Below, one piece after another: positions 37,378-46,685 of a DNA stretch of 62,122 bases. Within the stretch, counting starts at the first letter, position 1. The number at the start of each line of letters is the position of its first letter. Under the pieces are notes generated by a model that saw only the letters and a list, made by a program, of their open reading frames with translations, was not told the origin of the DNA and made no database searches. This DNA is from an uncultured Gammaproteobacteria bacterium (GTDB lineage: Bacteria > Patescibacteriota > Microgenomatia > Levybacterales > UBA12049), in contig CAYMJR010000007.1 in assembly GCA_964391315.1 (NCBI GenBank), forward strand, positions 1 through 62,122, written 5' to 3'. Both the position numbers and the translations under genes were made by a program.

Positions 37378-37977
37378 TTATTTTTCCCAATCTGAGATGT
37401 GTGAAAATCCTGTCATAACAGCAGTAGGGGAGAAACCCAGTGATTTCATTTTTTTGCGGTATACAGAAATATCTTCCTGCCGGCCCCATCTTTCAGGACA
37501 AACAAGACAGGTGTTAAATCCTTGAAGTTTTTTAATAATATTTTTATTTAATGGCAATTTTGAAACAGTATCGATCCACACCCAATCCACCTTATTTCGA
37601 TAATATTCAAGCGTTTCAATTGGTTCGACTTCACTATAGCGTACTGCAAGATTATGAACTCCTTCTTTATAAGAAGCTCGATATAAATATGGCGCTTCAA
37701 CGTCCAGAAGAAAATATTTTTTAATTCCATATTCTTTTGCAAGTTCTATAACTTTTGTTTCAATTCCTGCTTCTTTAATGTTAAAAATAATAATACCTTT
37801 ATGGTTATCTTTGGCATAAATTTTAAGGTATTCTTTTAATAAATCACCCGTACCAAATGCTTCATGATTGAGAATAAGTTTTCCGTTGGTTTCTCTAATA
37901 TCTATTTCAACACCATAATTTGTAGGAATAGTTTTTAGTTGTTTAATAGTATTAACGCGATGAACAATAATATGCAT
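37378..37977 (-). CDS. PLC-like/glycerophosphodiester phosphodiesterase-like TIM-barrel protein
   Basis: IIVHRVN, GVEIDIRE, LILNHE follow the H-R...E-D...H arrangement of GDPD/PI-PLC X-domain enzymes. Confidence 0.5.
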   Translation of the reverse strand: MHIIVHRVNTIKQLKTIPTNYGVEIDIRETNGKLILNHEAFGTGDLLKEYLKIYAKDNHKGIIIFNIKEAGIETKVIELAKEYGIKKYFLLDVEAPYLYRASYKEGVHNLAVRYSEVEPIETLEYYRNKVDWVWIDTVSKLPLNKNIIKKLQGFNTCLVCPERWGRQEDISVYRKKMKSLGFSPTAVMTGFSHISDWEK

Positions 37978-37978
37978 A

Positions 37979-38848
37979 TTATTTTTTAAATAGTTCCTGT
38001 CGATATTTTTCTTGTTTCATAGCAAGAAGTTTATGGACTTCTTGATCAGTCAGAAACATCGGAGTTCTACCCAATTTTTTAATAATTTTTATGGTATAGT
38101 CTTGCATACTTGCAATTTCAAGTAATTCCTTTTTTTTACGAATGGGAAGAGTATCTATTTTTATATGTGAAAAAACAGCAGAGTCAGGGATGATATAGGT
38201 ATTCAACTTTTTATATACTGTTGTCTGAGAAAAAGGAAAGTAGGCATTATTTTCTTTAAGAAATGCTTCAATCAGTTTATGCAGCTTTTCCAATAATTGC
38301 AAACAGGTTTCAATTTTCTGACCATGAACGATGATGCCGTGATTTTTCAGCAAAATGAGAGAGGGAAGTGAAGTTCTTTTCGATAAATCAAAGGCGAGCT
38401 CGTATCCAGGATTTTTATAATCAATAACAATAAATGGGATGTCAGTCAGAATTTTTTTAATAAAACTGGATCCATATCTCATGCAAGTGAAAATATTTGC
38501 ATACATACTGTGCAGATGAAAAACATACTTCGATGATAGTACAGCGTGGAATCCCACTTCCATTGAAGGAAGTCCAAAGCTTTCAGTAGTAATAATAGAT
38601 GTATTAACTAATTCCAAAAATCGCAACTCATCCTGAACCGTGTATTGTTGCTTTTCTGGAAAAAAATCTGCGAGTTGCTTATATTTACAGCAGACATATC
38701 CTTTTTTTTCTGTCATATTCTTTAACTTTTCTCCTGAGGCTTTGATGTACAATTTGTTTCCAATTTTAATTGACGTATTGCCACCTGCACCTTGAACATA
38801 GAGAATATTTTTTCCAATCTGCTGGGATACTTTGATAAATTCCTCCAT
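37979..38848 (-). CDS. Class II aldolase/adducin-domain protein
   Basis: YVQGAGGNTSIK, PSMEVGFHA, VFHLHS, NHGIIVHG, as in the aldolase halves of RhaD/FucA/AraD-type enzymes. Confidence 0.6.
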   Translation of the reverse strand: MEEFIKVSQQIGKNILYVQGAGGNTSIKIGNKLYIKASGEKLKNMTEKKGYVCCKYKQLADFFPEKQQYTVQDELRFLELVNTSIITTESFGLPSMEVGFHAVLSSKYVFHLHSMYANIFTCMRYGSSFIKKILTDIPFIVIDYKNPGYELAFDLSKRTSLPSLILLKNHGIIVHGQKIETCLQLLEKLHKLIEAFLKENNAYFPFSQTTVYKKLNTYIIPDSAVFSHIKIDTLPIRKKKELLEIASMQDYTIKIIKKLGRTPMFLTDQEVHKLLAMKQEKYRQELFKK

Positions 38849-38856
38849 ATTAATTA

Positions 38857-41010
38857 TTAATTTAAAACTCGATCAACACTAACGACTCTATTATTAATGA
38901 AATAATAATTCAAGTAATTTATGAAAAATAGCTGATTAATTCCTTTGATGTTTTCCTGAAAATCACCGGGATTATTTGTCAATTCATGTAAATTAGGATA
39001 TAGTTTATATGCAATTTTTTCTATCATTCTTTTACTTATTTTCCCTTCAATAAATACCGTTTGTATCTTTGTGCTATATTGATGTTTTATCGTGAGTCCT
39101 TTTACTAAGGATAATTCAGTAAGTAATTCTTCAAGAGGAATTGAATTCGAAAAGGTATATTTGACACAAAGAAGATCTTTCACGCGATAATAGTGAATAA
39201 TCCAGTCGGCAAGTTTTTTTTGGGGAAGAATAAATTTTGCAGCATCTTTCTTTCTTCTCTCAATATCATGGATAACTTTTGTGAGTGTATGTCCCCGGAA
39301 TTTTACATCTCTTTGCATTTTCCATTGTTGTCTCAATTCTTCTTCAGTATCAATAAATATTTTCAAATCATAAGCGTTTCTCATCCTCTCAAGAAAAAAT
39401 GGATGTAATCCCTGAAAAACAATAAATTGATCTTTTTCTATTTGGGAAGGTTTGGTGAACTTTCCTGTTTTGTGACTGTATGTTGCCCTCTCAATTGTTT
39501 TTCCATCAACAAGTGCATAGATTTGATTAACATCTTTATGAATATTATTCGCTTTCGGATCAAGATGAGTAAAATATTCCCAGTTATTGTTATTTCTTTC
39601 CCATTTATGTGAATCATCGCCATTAAGAACAACTGTTTGTTTTTTTCCGGCAAGACCAGCAATTCCTTCTGTTAATGTCGACTTTCCAACACCCGAGTCT
39701 CCTCCGATTCCTACGACAAAGGCTTTTTGTTTTTCAATATATAAATTATTGTAATAAATACCAAGTCGATAGCACCAATATGCATTCATGGCGACAGATA
39801 CCTGTAAACCTGTGAATAAAATATTCTGGATTTGTAATGCGTTAATTCCGTTATTTTGCAAGAACAAAAATGGCGTTGGAAGAGTTGCAAGAAATGGAAA
39901 ACTTACAGAAGAACTTTCAAAAATATCTGAATCTTTTGTAAACAGAAAAAATGCAATAAAAAAAATATTCATCATTAAAAAACTAAACAAATGTGAATCT
40001 TTGTACTTGATTAAAAAGAACGTAAATAATGGAATCGACCAATAAAACCATCCTTGCATTGGAGGAACAAGTGCAATAAGAATTGTGAAAATAAGACCAA
40101 GCGTGAGAATAAGCGAATCAAAATTCATACGTCTGTTTGATGATGCAAAAATATAGAGACATACCAGAAGTGCCGCTGGAGCAACAAAAATTGTTAAATC
40201 TTTATAGAGATAGGGAATTGTCGTAAGAAAAATCCGTTGCTGTTCAACATTATTAAAAACAGTTATCACAAATGAATGTGAATATAAAGGAATATTAATA
40301 GCGATGAAAACGAAAAATGAAAGCAATGAAAGTAAAGCAACAGAAATAAATTGTATTTTTTGTCTGAGAAGATAAATTGCATAAAAAGGCAGTACTATCA
40401 TAAGATGTGTTTTTGTTGCAATTCCAATACCAAGTAAGAGAAATGCTGTTCTTAAATTTTTAATCGATAAAAAGTAAAGTGATAAAAATAAAAATGCTGT
40501 TGGAATAACATCCAGCTGTCCATGAAAATAATTAATATAAATGAGCACTGGAGAAAGATAATAAAGCCAAAACACTTTATTTTCCTTTGCCGGAAGTAAT
40601 TTACAAAGAACGACATAAATAACAATATCTGCAATAAGGATCGGTATTCTGAAAAAAAGCAATGACAACCAGGTGTTGCTAAAAATACTTCCTGTCAAAA
40701 TATTTCCTAATCCAAGAAAGATGCTAAGAAGATATAACATCCCCGCCGGGTAGGGGAATACAACAGTTGCATGATGAAGAAAATAATCGTATGGATTTAA
40801 CCCTGTGTTGATGAAGTATTTATCAAATGGAAGAAATCCTTTTGTTACATAGTGCGATGCAAAAAGGACACCACACAGCAGTTTAATAAATGAAACTATC
40901 CAAAATTTTCTAGGAAAATATGACTGGGGCAATAAGTGAGTAGATATGGATTTAGGTAAAAATCGCATTACATTATTCGTTGGAATATATTCCCCGAAAT
41001 TATAGCACAA
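38857..41010 (-). CDS. Fusion: ~430-aa polytopic (GT-C/DUF2029-like) membrane domain + C-terminal phosphoribulokinase/uridine-kinase-family P-loop kinase
   Basis: C-terminal VVGIGGDSGVGKSTL, NGDDSHKWER, THLDPKANN, ATYSHKTGKF, FQGLHPF, WKMQRDVKFRGHT, ILPQKKLADW track the PRK family motif by motif. The N-terminal half is all TM helices. Confidence 0.65.
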   Translation of the reverse strand: MCYNFGEYIPTNNVMRFLPKSISTHLLPQSYFPRKFWIVSFIKLLCGVLFASHYVTKGFLPFDKYFINTGLNPYDYFLHHATVVFPYPAGMLYLLSIFLGLGNILTGSIFSNTWLSLLFFRIPILIADIVIYVVLCKLLPAKENKVFWLYYLSPVLIYINYFHGQLDVIPTAFLFLSLYFLSIKNLRTAFLLLGIGIATKTHLMIVLPFYAIYLLRQKIQFISVALLSLLSFFVFIAINIPLYSHSFVITVFNNVEQQRIFLTTIPYLYKDLTIFVAPAALLVCLYIFASSNRRMNFDSLILTLGLIFTILIALVPPMQGWFYWSIPLFTFFLIKYKDSHLFSFLMMNIFFIAFFLFTKDSDIFESSSVSFPFLATLPTPFLFLQNNGINALQIQNILFTGLQVSVAMNAYWCYRLGIYYNNLYIEKQKAFVVGIGGDSGVGKSTLTEGIAGLAGKKQTVVLNGDDSHKWERNNNNWEYFTHLDPKANNIHKDVNQIYALVDGKTIERATYSHKTGKFTKPSQIEKDQFIVFQGLHPFFLERMRNAYDLKIFIDTEEELRQQWKMQRDVKFRGHTLTKVIHDIERRKKDAAKFILPQKKLADWIIHYYRVKDLLCVKYTFSNSIPLEELLTELSLVKGLTIKHQYSTKIQTVFIEGKISKRMIEKIAYKLYPNLHELTNNPGDFQENIKGINQLFFINYLNYYFINNRVVSVDRVLN

Positions 41011-41030
41011 CAGTAAACCTACGCAATGTA

Positions 41031-41672
41031 CTAGAGAGATGCAATTTTTTCTAAATCCTTTTGTGAGGTAATAAATCCTGCAATAGGTGAGTGCGAAAAT
41101 TCTTCTTTACTATTTAATTCGTTAAGTAAAATATAACATGCAATTCCTGCGTCCAACGCAGATTGTGCACCAATTATTGTATCTTCTACCGCAATGCACT
41201 CTTCTGGTGATACACCTAAATTTTGTGCAGCCTTCAAATAGATTTCCGGATGAGGTTTATGATTGTTTACTTGCTCTTTGGAAATAATGACGGAAAACTT
41301 ATGTAAAATACCAAAGTTACCCAATATTGTTTCGATTGATTTCATAGAACTCATTGAAGCAAGTGCTAATTTCAATGAGCCATGATAAGTTCTAACAAAC
41401 TCTACTGATTGAGTAATCGGTGAAACATACTGAAGAATGTTACTTTTATATCCTTTTTCAAAATCATCAATAATATTGTCTATCAAATTTTTTTCTTTTT
41501 CGTTCAGAATTGCATCTAAAAAAGTCCTTGTTGTTCTTCCAACGATATCACGGAGTTTATCATGATCGATAATAATATTATATTTCCTTGCGTATTTTTG
41601 AAGTGCTTGAAAACGTGCTAATTCGCTTGATACCAAAACGCCATCAAAATCAAATATAATAGCTTTTACCAT
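41031..41672 (-). CDS. HAD-superfamily hydrolase (beta-phosphoglucomutase/sugar-phosphatase subfamily IA)
   Basis: IIFDFDGVLV (DxD), cap helices, S at motif II, KPHPEIY, VEDTIIG. Confidence 0.85.
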   Translation of the reverse strand: MVKAIIFDFDGVLVSSELARFQALQKYARKYNIIIDHDKLRDIVGRTTRTFLDAILNEKEKNLIDNIIDDFEKGYKSNILQYVSPITQSVEFVRTYHGSLKLALASMSSMKSIETILGNFGILHKFSVIISKEQVNNHKPHPEIYLKAAQNLGVSPEECIAVEDTIIGAQSALDAGIACYILLNELNSKEEFSHSPIAGFITSQKDLEKIASL

Positions 41673-41746
41673 GGGGGTTTCATCGAGCTTATTACAATAG
41701 CACTTTATTTTTTATTTGCTTACTACTATTATACAAACTCTGACTA

Positions 41747-42466
41747 TCACATTCCTTTCACGCCAAACAACCGTCCAATACCATAGGTAACAATCATAGC
41801 AAGCACACCACCGAATAACACTCGAGCAACAGCACGCAGCACGTTTGCTTGTCCAATCTTTGCACTTGTTATACCAGTAATTATCAAAGCGATAATAACG
41901 GCAATAAAAGCAACCGGAATACGAAGCGTCTCCGGTGGAAGAATAATAGCAGCAAGAGGAATAATAGCACCGATAGTGAATGCAAGTGCCGAGGCAAATG
42001 CTGCATGCCAAGGATTAACCAAATTCTCTGGATCAATACCTAGTTCCGCGTCAAAATGTGCAGCAATCGGATCATGCGCTGATAATTCCTGAGCAACAGT
42101 CATGGCTGTCTTTTTACTTAAACCTTTTCTTTCATAAATACCTGCCAATTCGTGTAGTTCTGCTTCGGGATAATGTTTGAGCTCAAACCGTTCTTTATCA
42201 AGCATTGCATTTTCGGTGTCACGTGAACTACTGACAGATACGTATTCACCTGCTGCCATAGAAATTGCTCCTGCGATAATACCAGCGATTCCTGCAGTAA
42301 AAATAATTACAGGTGAAGTTGTTGCGCCTGCGACTCCGACTACGAGACCTGCCATCGAGATAATACCATCATTTGCTCCAAGCACTCCTGCACGAAGCCA
42401 ATTCAATTTTGACGCGTGATTGCTCCTATGTTCTTCTGGATGTAGTGCTTTTTTTTCCATATTCAC
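41747..42466 (-). CDS. VIT1/CCC1-family iron/manganese transporter
   Basis: LRAGVLGANDGIIS, AGEYVSVSS, central helical metal-binding region, C-terminal TM bundle. Confidence 0.85.
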   Translation of the reverse strand: MNMEKKALHPEEHRSNHASKLNWLRAGVLGANDGIISMAGLVVGVAGATTSPVIIFTAGIAGIIAGAISMAAGEYVSVSSSRDTENAMLDKERFELKHYPEAELHELAGIYERKGLSKKTAMTVAQELSAHDPIAAHFDAELGIDPENLVNPWHAAFASALAFTIGAIIPLAAIILPPETLRIPVAFIAVIIALIITGITSAKIGQANVLRAVARVLFGGVLAMIVTYGIGRLFGVKGM

Positions 42467-42498
42467 AGATAGTATACCACTTATGCTATGCTAAAAAT

Positions 42499-43503
42499 AT
42501 GGATAAGACAATGGAACTTCTATTACAATCAAATAGAAGAGCAGTTGTTTTCCTGCATACAGTCGCTATTGCATGCAGTATTATTACAATGGTTCTTGGC
42601 TTGTTATGTCTCATTTTTTGGCAATTCAATATTTCACCTTTTAGTAACTTGCCTTATGTCTCCGGTATGAATCAGCTCTCAGCAGTCGCATTTATAAGTG
42701 CGGGAGGAGCATTGTTATTTTTACTGGAATCCCGCGACAAAACAGACATAACTTGGCAATCAATCATTGCATTTATCTTAAGCTGCATTACCATCGGTAT
42801 CGGTACTGTATTTGCTACCTCAAGATTTACGACTAACAAAATTTCTTCTGACATAGGAATAAGTTTTCTCTTGATCGGTATAGCATTATTACTTTTGCAA
42901 TTTTACTACAAAAAATATTTCACCCGTATTGCACAATTACTAACACTTATTGCAGCAATAACTAGTATGTTTGCTATTATTGGATACGCATATAAAGCGC
43001 TTTCATTTTATGACACTGTATCCTTATCTCCTATGCCTCTAACATCTGCGCTAACACTTGCAGTCCTATGCCTCGCAATTCTTTCTGCCAGACCAAATCA
43101 TGGTTTGACCAAAATTCTCACCAGAAATACCGCAAGTAGTAAAATGGCGCTTCGTCTTATTCTTATCTCCCTGACGCTTCCTGCAATTATTGGATCACTA
43201 ACATTCATTGGAAAAGATATCCATTTATTTGATGACCAAACTGTCCTTGCACTTGTTGTTATTGGAAATATCATATTATTTTCAATTACTATATGGATAA
43301 CAACGAATGCGTTTCAAAATGTTGAACTGGAAAATCTTATCATTAAAAATGAATTACAAAAAAAGAATATTGAACTTGAAGTAGACGCGAGCAAACTTGC
43401 ATCAAAAGCGATGGAACTTGAAGAAGAATATAAAGAAGTCGAAGACAAACTTGAAAATAGAGACAAACTATTTGATGCGCTGGAATCCCATGAAACTGAT
43501 TAA
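42499..43503 (+). CDS. Hypothetical polytopic membrane protein with C-terminal coiled coil
   Basis: About 8 TM helices followed by NELQKKNIELEVDASKLASKAMELEEEYKEVEDKLE. No catalytic output domain. Start set to ATG 42499. Confidence 0.4.
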   Translation: MDKTMELLLQSNRRAVVFLHTVAIACSIITMVLGLLCLIFWQFNISPFSNLPYVSGMNQLSAVAFISAGGALLFLLESRDKTDITWQSIIAFILSCITIGIGTVFATSRFTTNKISSDIGISFLLIGIALLLLQFYYKKYFTRIAQLLTLIAAITSMFAIIGYAYKALSFYDTVSLSPMPLTSALTLAVLCLAILSARPNHGLTKILTRNTASSKMALRLILISLTLPAIIGSLTFIGKDIHLFDDQTVLALVVIGNIILFSITIWITTNAFQNVELENLIIKNELQKKNIELEVDASKLASKAMELEEEYKEVEDKLENRDKLFDALESHETD

Positions 43504-43506
43504 AAT

Positions 43507-43881
43507 TTACTTATTCCCAATCAATTGAACTAAATTGTCATCGAGATCATAAAACGTTGCAAAGTATTTATCAAACGTTGGAGCTTTGAAAGGCTTGGCA
43601 AGAAATTTAACACCTTTTTTTTCAAGTTTTTCGTAGGTTTCTGAAACGGAATCCACAACGAAATTAAACATATGCCGATGCATATCTTTATTTTTTCCTT
43701 TAACTTGTGACTGTTGGCCTATCCAAAGATAGACGTTTCCAACCTGGAATCCCACTCCTGTATCTTCAGGATGATCGAGCTCTTCAAGAACTTCAAGTTC
43801 AAGCATGTCTTTATACCAATTTGCCAATTTTCTGTAGTCTTCAGACCAGATGAGAATTGCGGAAATATTTTTAATCATCAA
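43507..43881 (-). CDS. VOC (glyoxalase/bleomycin-resistance fold) family protein
   Basis: 124 aa with a beta-alpha-beta-beta-beta pattern. Paralog of 44270..44653. Confidence 0.7.
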   Translation of the reverse strand: MMIKNISAILIWSEDYRKLANWYKDMLELEVLEELDHPEDTGVGFQVGNVYLWIGQQSQVKGKNKDMHRHMFNFVVDSVSETYEKLEKKGVKFLAKPFKAPTFDKYFATFYDLDDNLVQLIGNK

Positions 43882-43898
43882 ACAATTATAGCAGAAAT

Positions 43899-44189
43899 TT
43901 AGTTTTTTGATTGTGATACGACAGTTGAACCTTCAGGCAAACTATGAATAAACATATCAATTTGACTATTCGGGACAATATAAACGGCTTTTGAGCTATC
44001 ATCTTTTCTCACGACAATAGTGGTTTTTTTGTTATGAGATACACTTGGAGCAAGATCTGTCGGAGTAGGTGTCGGTTCAATTGCTGTTTGTGTAATAGAA
44101 GAAGAAGGCTTGTGTGATAGGTTGAGGAAAACAAAAACACCGCCGCCAAGAAGCAAAAGAATACCAATAATACTAATCGCAATCTTCAT
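43899..44189 (-). CDS. Hypothetical membrane-anchored small protein
   Basis: MKIAISIIGILLLLGGGVFVFL anchor. Start moved to ATG 44189. Confidence 0.35.
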   Translation of the reverse strand: MKIAISIIGILLLLGGGVFVFLNLSHKPSSSITQTAIEPTPTPTDLAPSVSHNKKTTIVVRKDDSSKAVYIVPNSQIDMFIHSLPEGSTVVSQSKN

Positions 44190-44269
44190 ATCTTTAGTAT
44201 TCCACTGATCGCTAAATGTGTCAAGGAAAAGTGATTGACTCTCTCTAATAAAACAAGTACAGTACAAAC

Positions 44270-44653
44270 ATGAAACTTAAAAATAAAGCACTCTCTGTTG
44301 GTATCTGGTCAGAAGACTATAAAAAACTCGCAAAATGGTATATTGATATTTTGGGTTTTACTATCAGAGAACAAGCAGAACTTCCAAATGATTCATACAT
44401 TGCATTTGATTTTGGAGAAAACTGGTTGTGGATAGGCAAACATGACAAGGTGAATGGGAAAAACAAAGATCCCTACAGAATAATGATTGAATTCTATGTT
44501 GAAAGCGTTATGGACACATTTAAAGAATTACAAAAGAAAACTAAACTTGATGTTATCGCAGAGCCGTTTGCGGAACCAACAGGAACAGGAAATTGGTGCA
44601 TGACAATTGCAGATCCGGAAGGTAATATTCTCCAATTTTACGGAAAAAAATAA
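44270..44653 (+). CDS. VOC (glyoxalase fold) family protein
   Basis: 127 aa. Shares IWSEDY.KLA.WY, WIG, KGKNKD and L.KK with 43507..43881. Confidence 0.7.
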   Translation: MKLKNKALSVGIWSEDYKKLAKWYIDILGFTIREQAELPNDSYIAFDFGENWLWIGKHDKVNGKNKDPYRIMIEFYVESVMDTFKELQKKTKLDVIAEPFAEPTGTGNWCMTIADPEGNILQFYGKK

Positions 44654-44659
44654 CGATAA

Positions 44660-45229
44660 ATGAAAAAATATTTTGTAGGAATACCTCTGATGCTACTGGC
44701 TTTTCTCTTTGTAATAACCCCTCGTGTATCAGCACATTTCCTCAACACAGTTGGAGATATCGGAATTACTCTCCATGTTGATCCTGATGATGATCCAATT
44801 CCTGGAAAGCAAGCTTATTTATATTTTCTTTTTAATAATAATTTCAATCTTGGAGCATGCAACTGTACCATAACAATTAAAGAACAAGGCAAACAAATCT
44901 TTCAACAACAACTTGTTAAAGAAAAAGTTTCCAAATCGAGTATCTGGGGTACGAGCATCCCGTATGTTTTTCCTCAAAACGATGTCTATCAAATAATATT
45001 AAGCGGACAACCCAAAATCAAAAATATTTTTCAACCCTTTACAACTTCCTGGTATTTTCGGGTAGATTCTGAAAATCCGGGATTAGTCAAAGCTCCTCAT
45101 TCTGATATCTATACGCTTCTTGCGGTTGGTATCGGTGGAGCAATTGCGTTATTCTTATTTGGTATTTTTGTCAAAAAACAGATTCTAGATGCTGATGGAA
45201 AAATTGACAGTTCTTCAAAAAAAAAGTAA
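44660..45229 (+). CDS. Hypothetical secreted, C-terminally anchored protein with predicted N-terminal His after signal cleavage
   Basis: Signal peptide ending PRVSA/HF. LHVDPDDDP. C-terminal TM LLAVGIGGAIALFLFGIFV. Confidence 0.4.
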   Translation: MKKYFVGIPLMLLAFLFVITPRVSAHFLNTVGDIGITLHVDPDDDPIPGKQAYLYFLFNNNFNLGACNCTITIKEQGKQIFQQQLVKEKVSKSSIWGTSIPYVFPQNDVYQIILSGQPKIKNIFQPFTTSWYFRVDSENPGLVKAPHSDIYTLLAVGIGGAIALFLFGIFVKKQILDADGKIDSSSKKK

Positions 45230-45238
45230 CCTAAAAAC

Positions 45239-45844
45239 ATGATCAGAAAGAAATACTCCACAAGTGGACTACTTGGATTGATTACTCTCTTTCTTTTTGT
45301 TACCCCTGTCTTTGCTCACGTCATTGTTACACCCAAACAAGTTGGTATTGCAAAAGAACAAGTCTTTACTGTTTCGGTGCCGACAGAAAAAGATACTCCA
45401 ACAGTTGCTCTCAAACTGCTTATTCCAAAAGGAGTCACCGATGTTATGCCAAATGCCAAACCGGACTGGACGATACATACTGTAAAAAACGGTGATTCAG
45501 TCACAGAAATTGATTGGACAGAAGGTTCAATACCTTCTGGACAACGAGATGAATTTTATTTCCAAGCGCAAGTACCACCAACTCCTACAACACTCCAATG
45601 GAAAGCATATCAGACATACCAGGATGGCACAGTCATTGCCTGGGATCATACACCAACAGCCAATCCGGAAGATGATTCAGCACCACCTCCATATTCAACA
45701 ACACAAGTTATTAACGATCTAACAAATACACAAACAACTGGAATAAAAAAAGAAAACAGCTCTCAACTGCCTCTAACTTTTAGTATTATTTCGCTTGCAC
45801 TCTCTGCATCAGCACTTGTAATTGCTTTACAAAAATCACATTAA
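45239..45844 (+). CDS. ycnI: YcnI-family (DUF1775) copper-binding protein, C-terminally anchored
   Basis: Signal peptide ending PVFA/HVIVTPKQ. VFTVSVPTEKD, LLIPKGV, KPDWT, IDWTEGSIPSGQRDEFYFQAQVP. C-terminal TM. Confidence 0.85.
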   Translation: MIRKKYSTSGLLGLITLFLFVTPVFAHVIVTPKQVGIAKEQVFTVSVPTEKDTPTVALKLLIPKGVTDVMPNAKPDWTIHTVKNGDSVTEIDWTEGSIPSGQRDEFYFQAQVPPTPTTLQWKAYQTYQDGTVIAWDHTPTANPEDDSAPPPYSTTQVINDLTNTQTTGIKKENSSQLPLTFSIISLALSASALVIALQKSH

Positions 45845-46629
45845 TGAGTTATCATTGGATGATGAGTCTGAAAGCTTTTGTTACAACACACCTCTCAAGA
45901 AAAGTACCAGAAGTTATTGCGCTTTTTTGGCTCATTAAATTATTGACAACAGCGCTCGGTGAATCGACCTCAGATTTTCTTGTTCATAAATTTGATCCTG
46001 TCATTGCAGTTGGTCTTGGCGCTATTGGCTTCTTTACAGCAATTATTATCCAATTATGGACTAAAAAATATATTCCCTGGATTTATTGGCTTACCGTAAC
46101 AATGGTCGCAATTTTTGGAACCATGGCAGCAGATGTTGTTCATATTGCACTTGGTGTTCCGTATCTTGTATCAACGATTTGTTTTGCAATTGCCCTCGCT
46201 GTCATCTTCTTTGTTTGGTATAACGTTGAAAAAACACTTTCCATTCATAGTATCTTTACACTTCGTCGAGAGCTTTTCTATTGGGCAACCGTCATTACTA
46301 CCTTTGCTCTTGGTACAGCAGCAGGGGATATGACCGCAATAACACTCAAGTTAGGCTATCTCGACTCGGGAGTTTTATTTGCAGTTCTTTTTGCTCTTCC
46401 TCTTATTGCATACAAACTATTCAAGGCAAATGAAATACTGACGTTTTGGTTTGCATATATTGTGACAAGACCGCTTGGTGCATCTTTTGCAGACTGGTTT
46501 GGCAAACCAACTGACGCAGGAGGAATTGGATTTGGCGCGGGAAAGATCAGTATTGTACTCGCTACTCTTATTATTATTTGCGTCTACTATCTCACAATAT
46601 CCCACAAAGATATTAAGGAACAAAAATAA
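45844..46629 (+). CDS. Polytopic membrane protein with internally repeated FW...T..LG....D motif (COG4705-like)
   Basis: Repeats KVPEVIALFWLIKLLTTALGESTSDF, RRELFYWATVITTFALGTAAGDM and NEILTFWFAYIVTRPLGASFADW. Its start overlaps the ycnI stop codon by 1 nt. Confidence 0.5.
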   Translation: MSYHWMMSLKAFVTTHLSRKVPEVIALFWLIKLLTTALGESTSDFLVHKFDPVIAVGLGAIGFFTAIIIQLWTKKYIPWIYWLTVTMVAIFGTMAADVVHIALGVPYLVSTICFAIALAVIFFVWYNVEKTLSIHSIFTLRRELFYWATVITTFALGTAAGDMTAITLKLGYLDSGVLFAVLFALPLIAYKLFKANEILTFWFAYIVTRPLGASFADWFGKPTDAGGIGFGAGKISIVLATLIIICVYYLTISHKDIKEQK

Positions 46630-46685
46630 TCATTGTTATCTCAGCAATAGAGTTTGTATACTAAATTGGAAAGGAGGTGATTGAT

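Noticed and set aside
41712-42011. Cys/Tyr-rich 99-aa ORF (CYYSSCCYYSS...) as a possible cysteine-rich peptide
   Set aside because: It is an alternative frame of the well-supported VIT1 gene on the same strand. Its odd composition is a by-product of the Ala/Gly/Ile-rich codons in the real frame.
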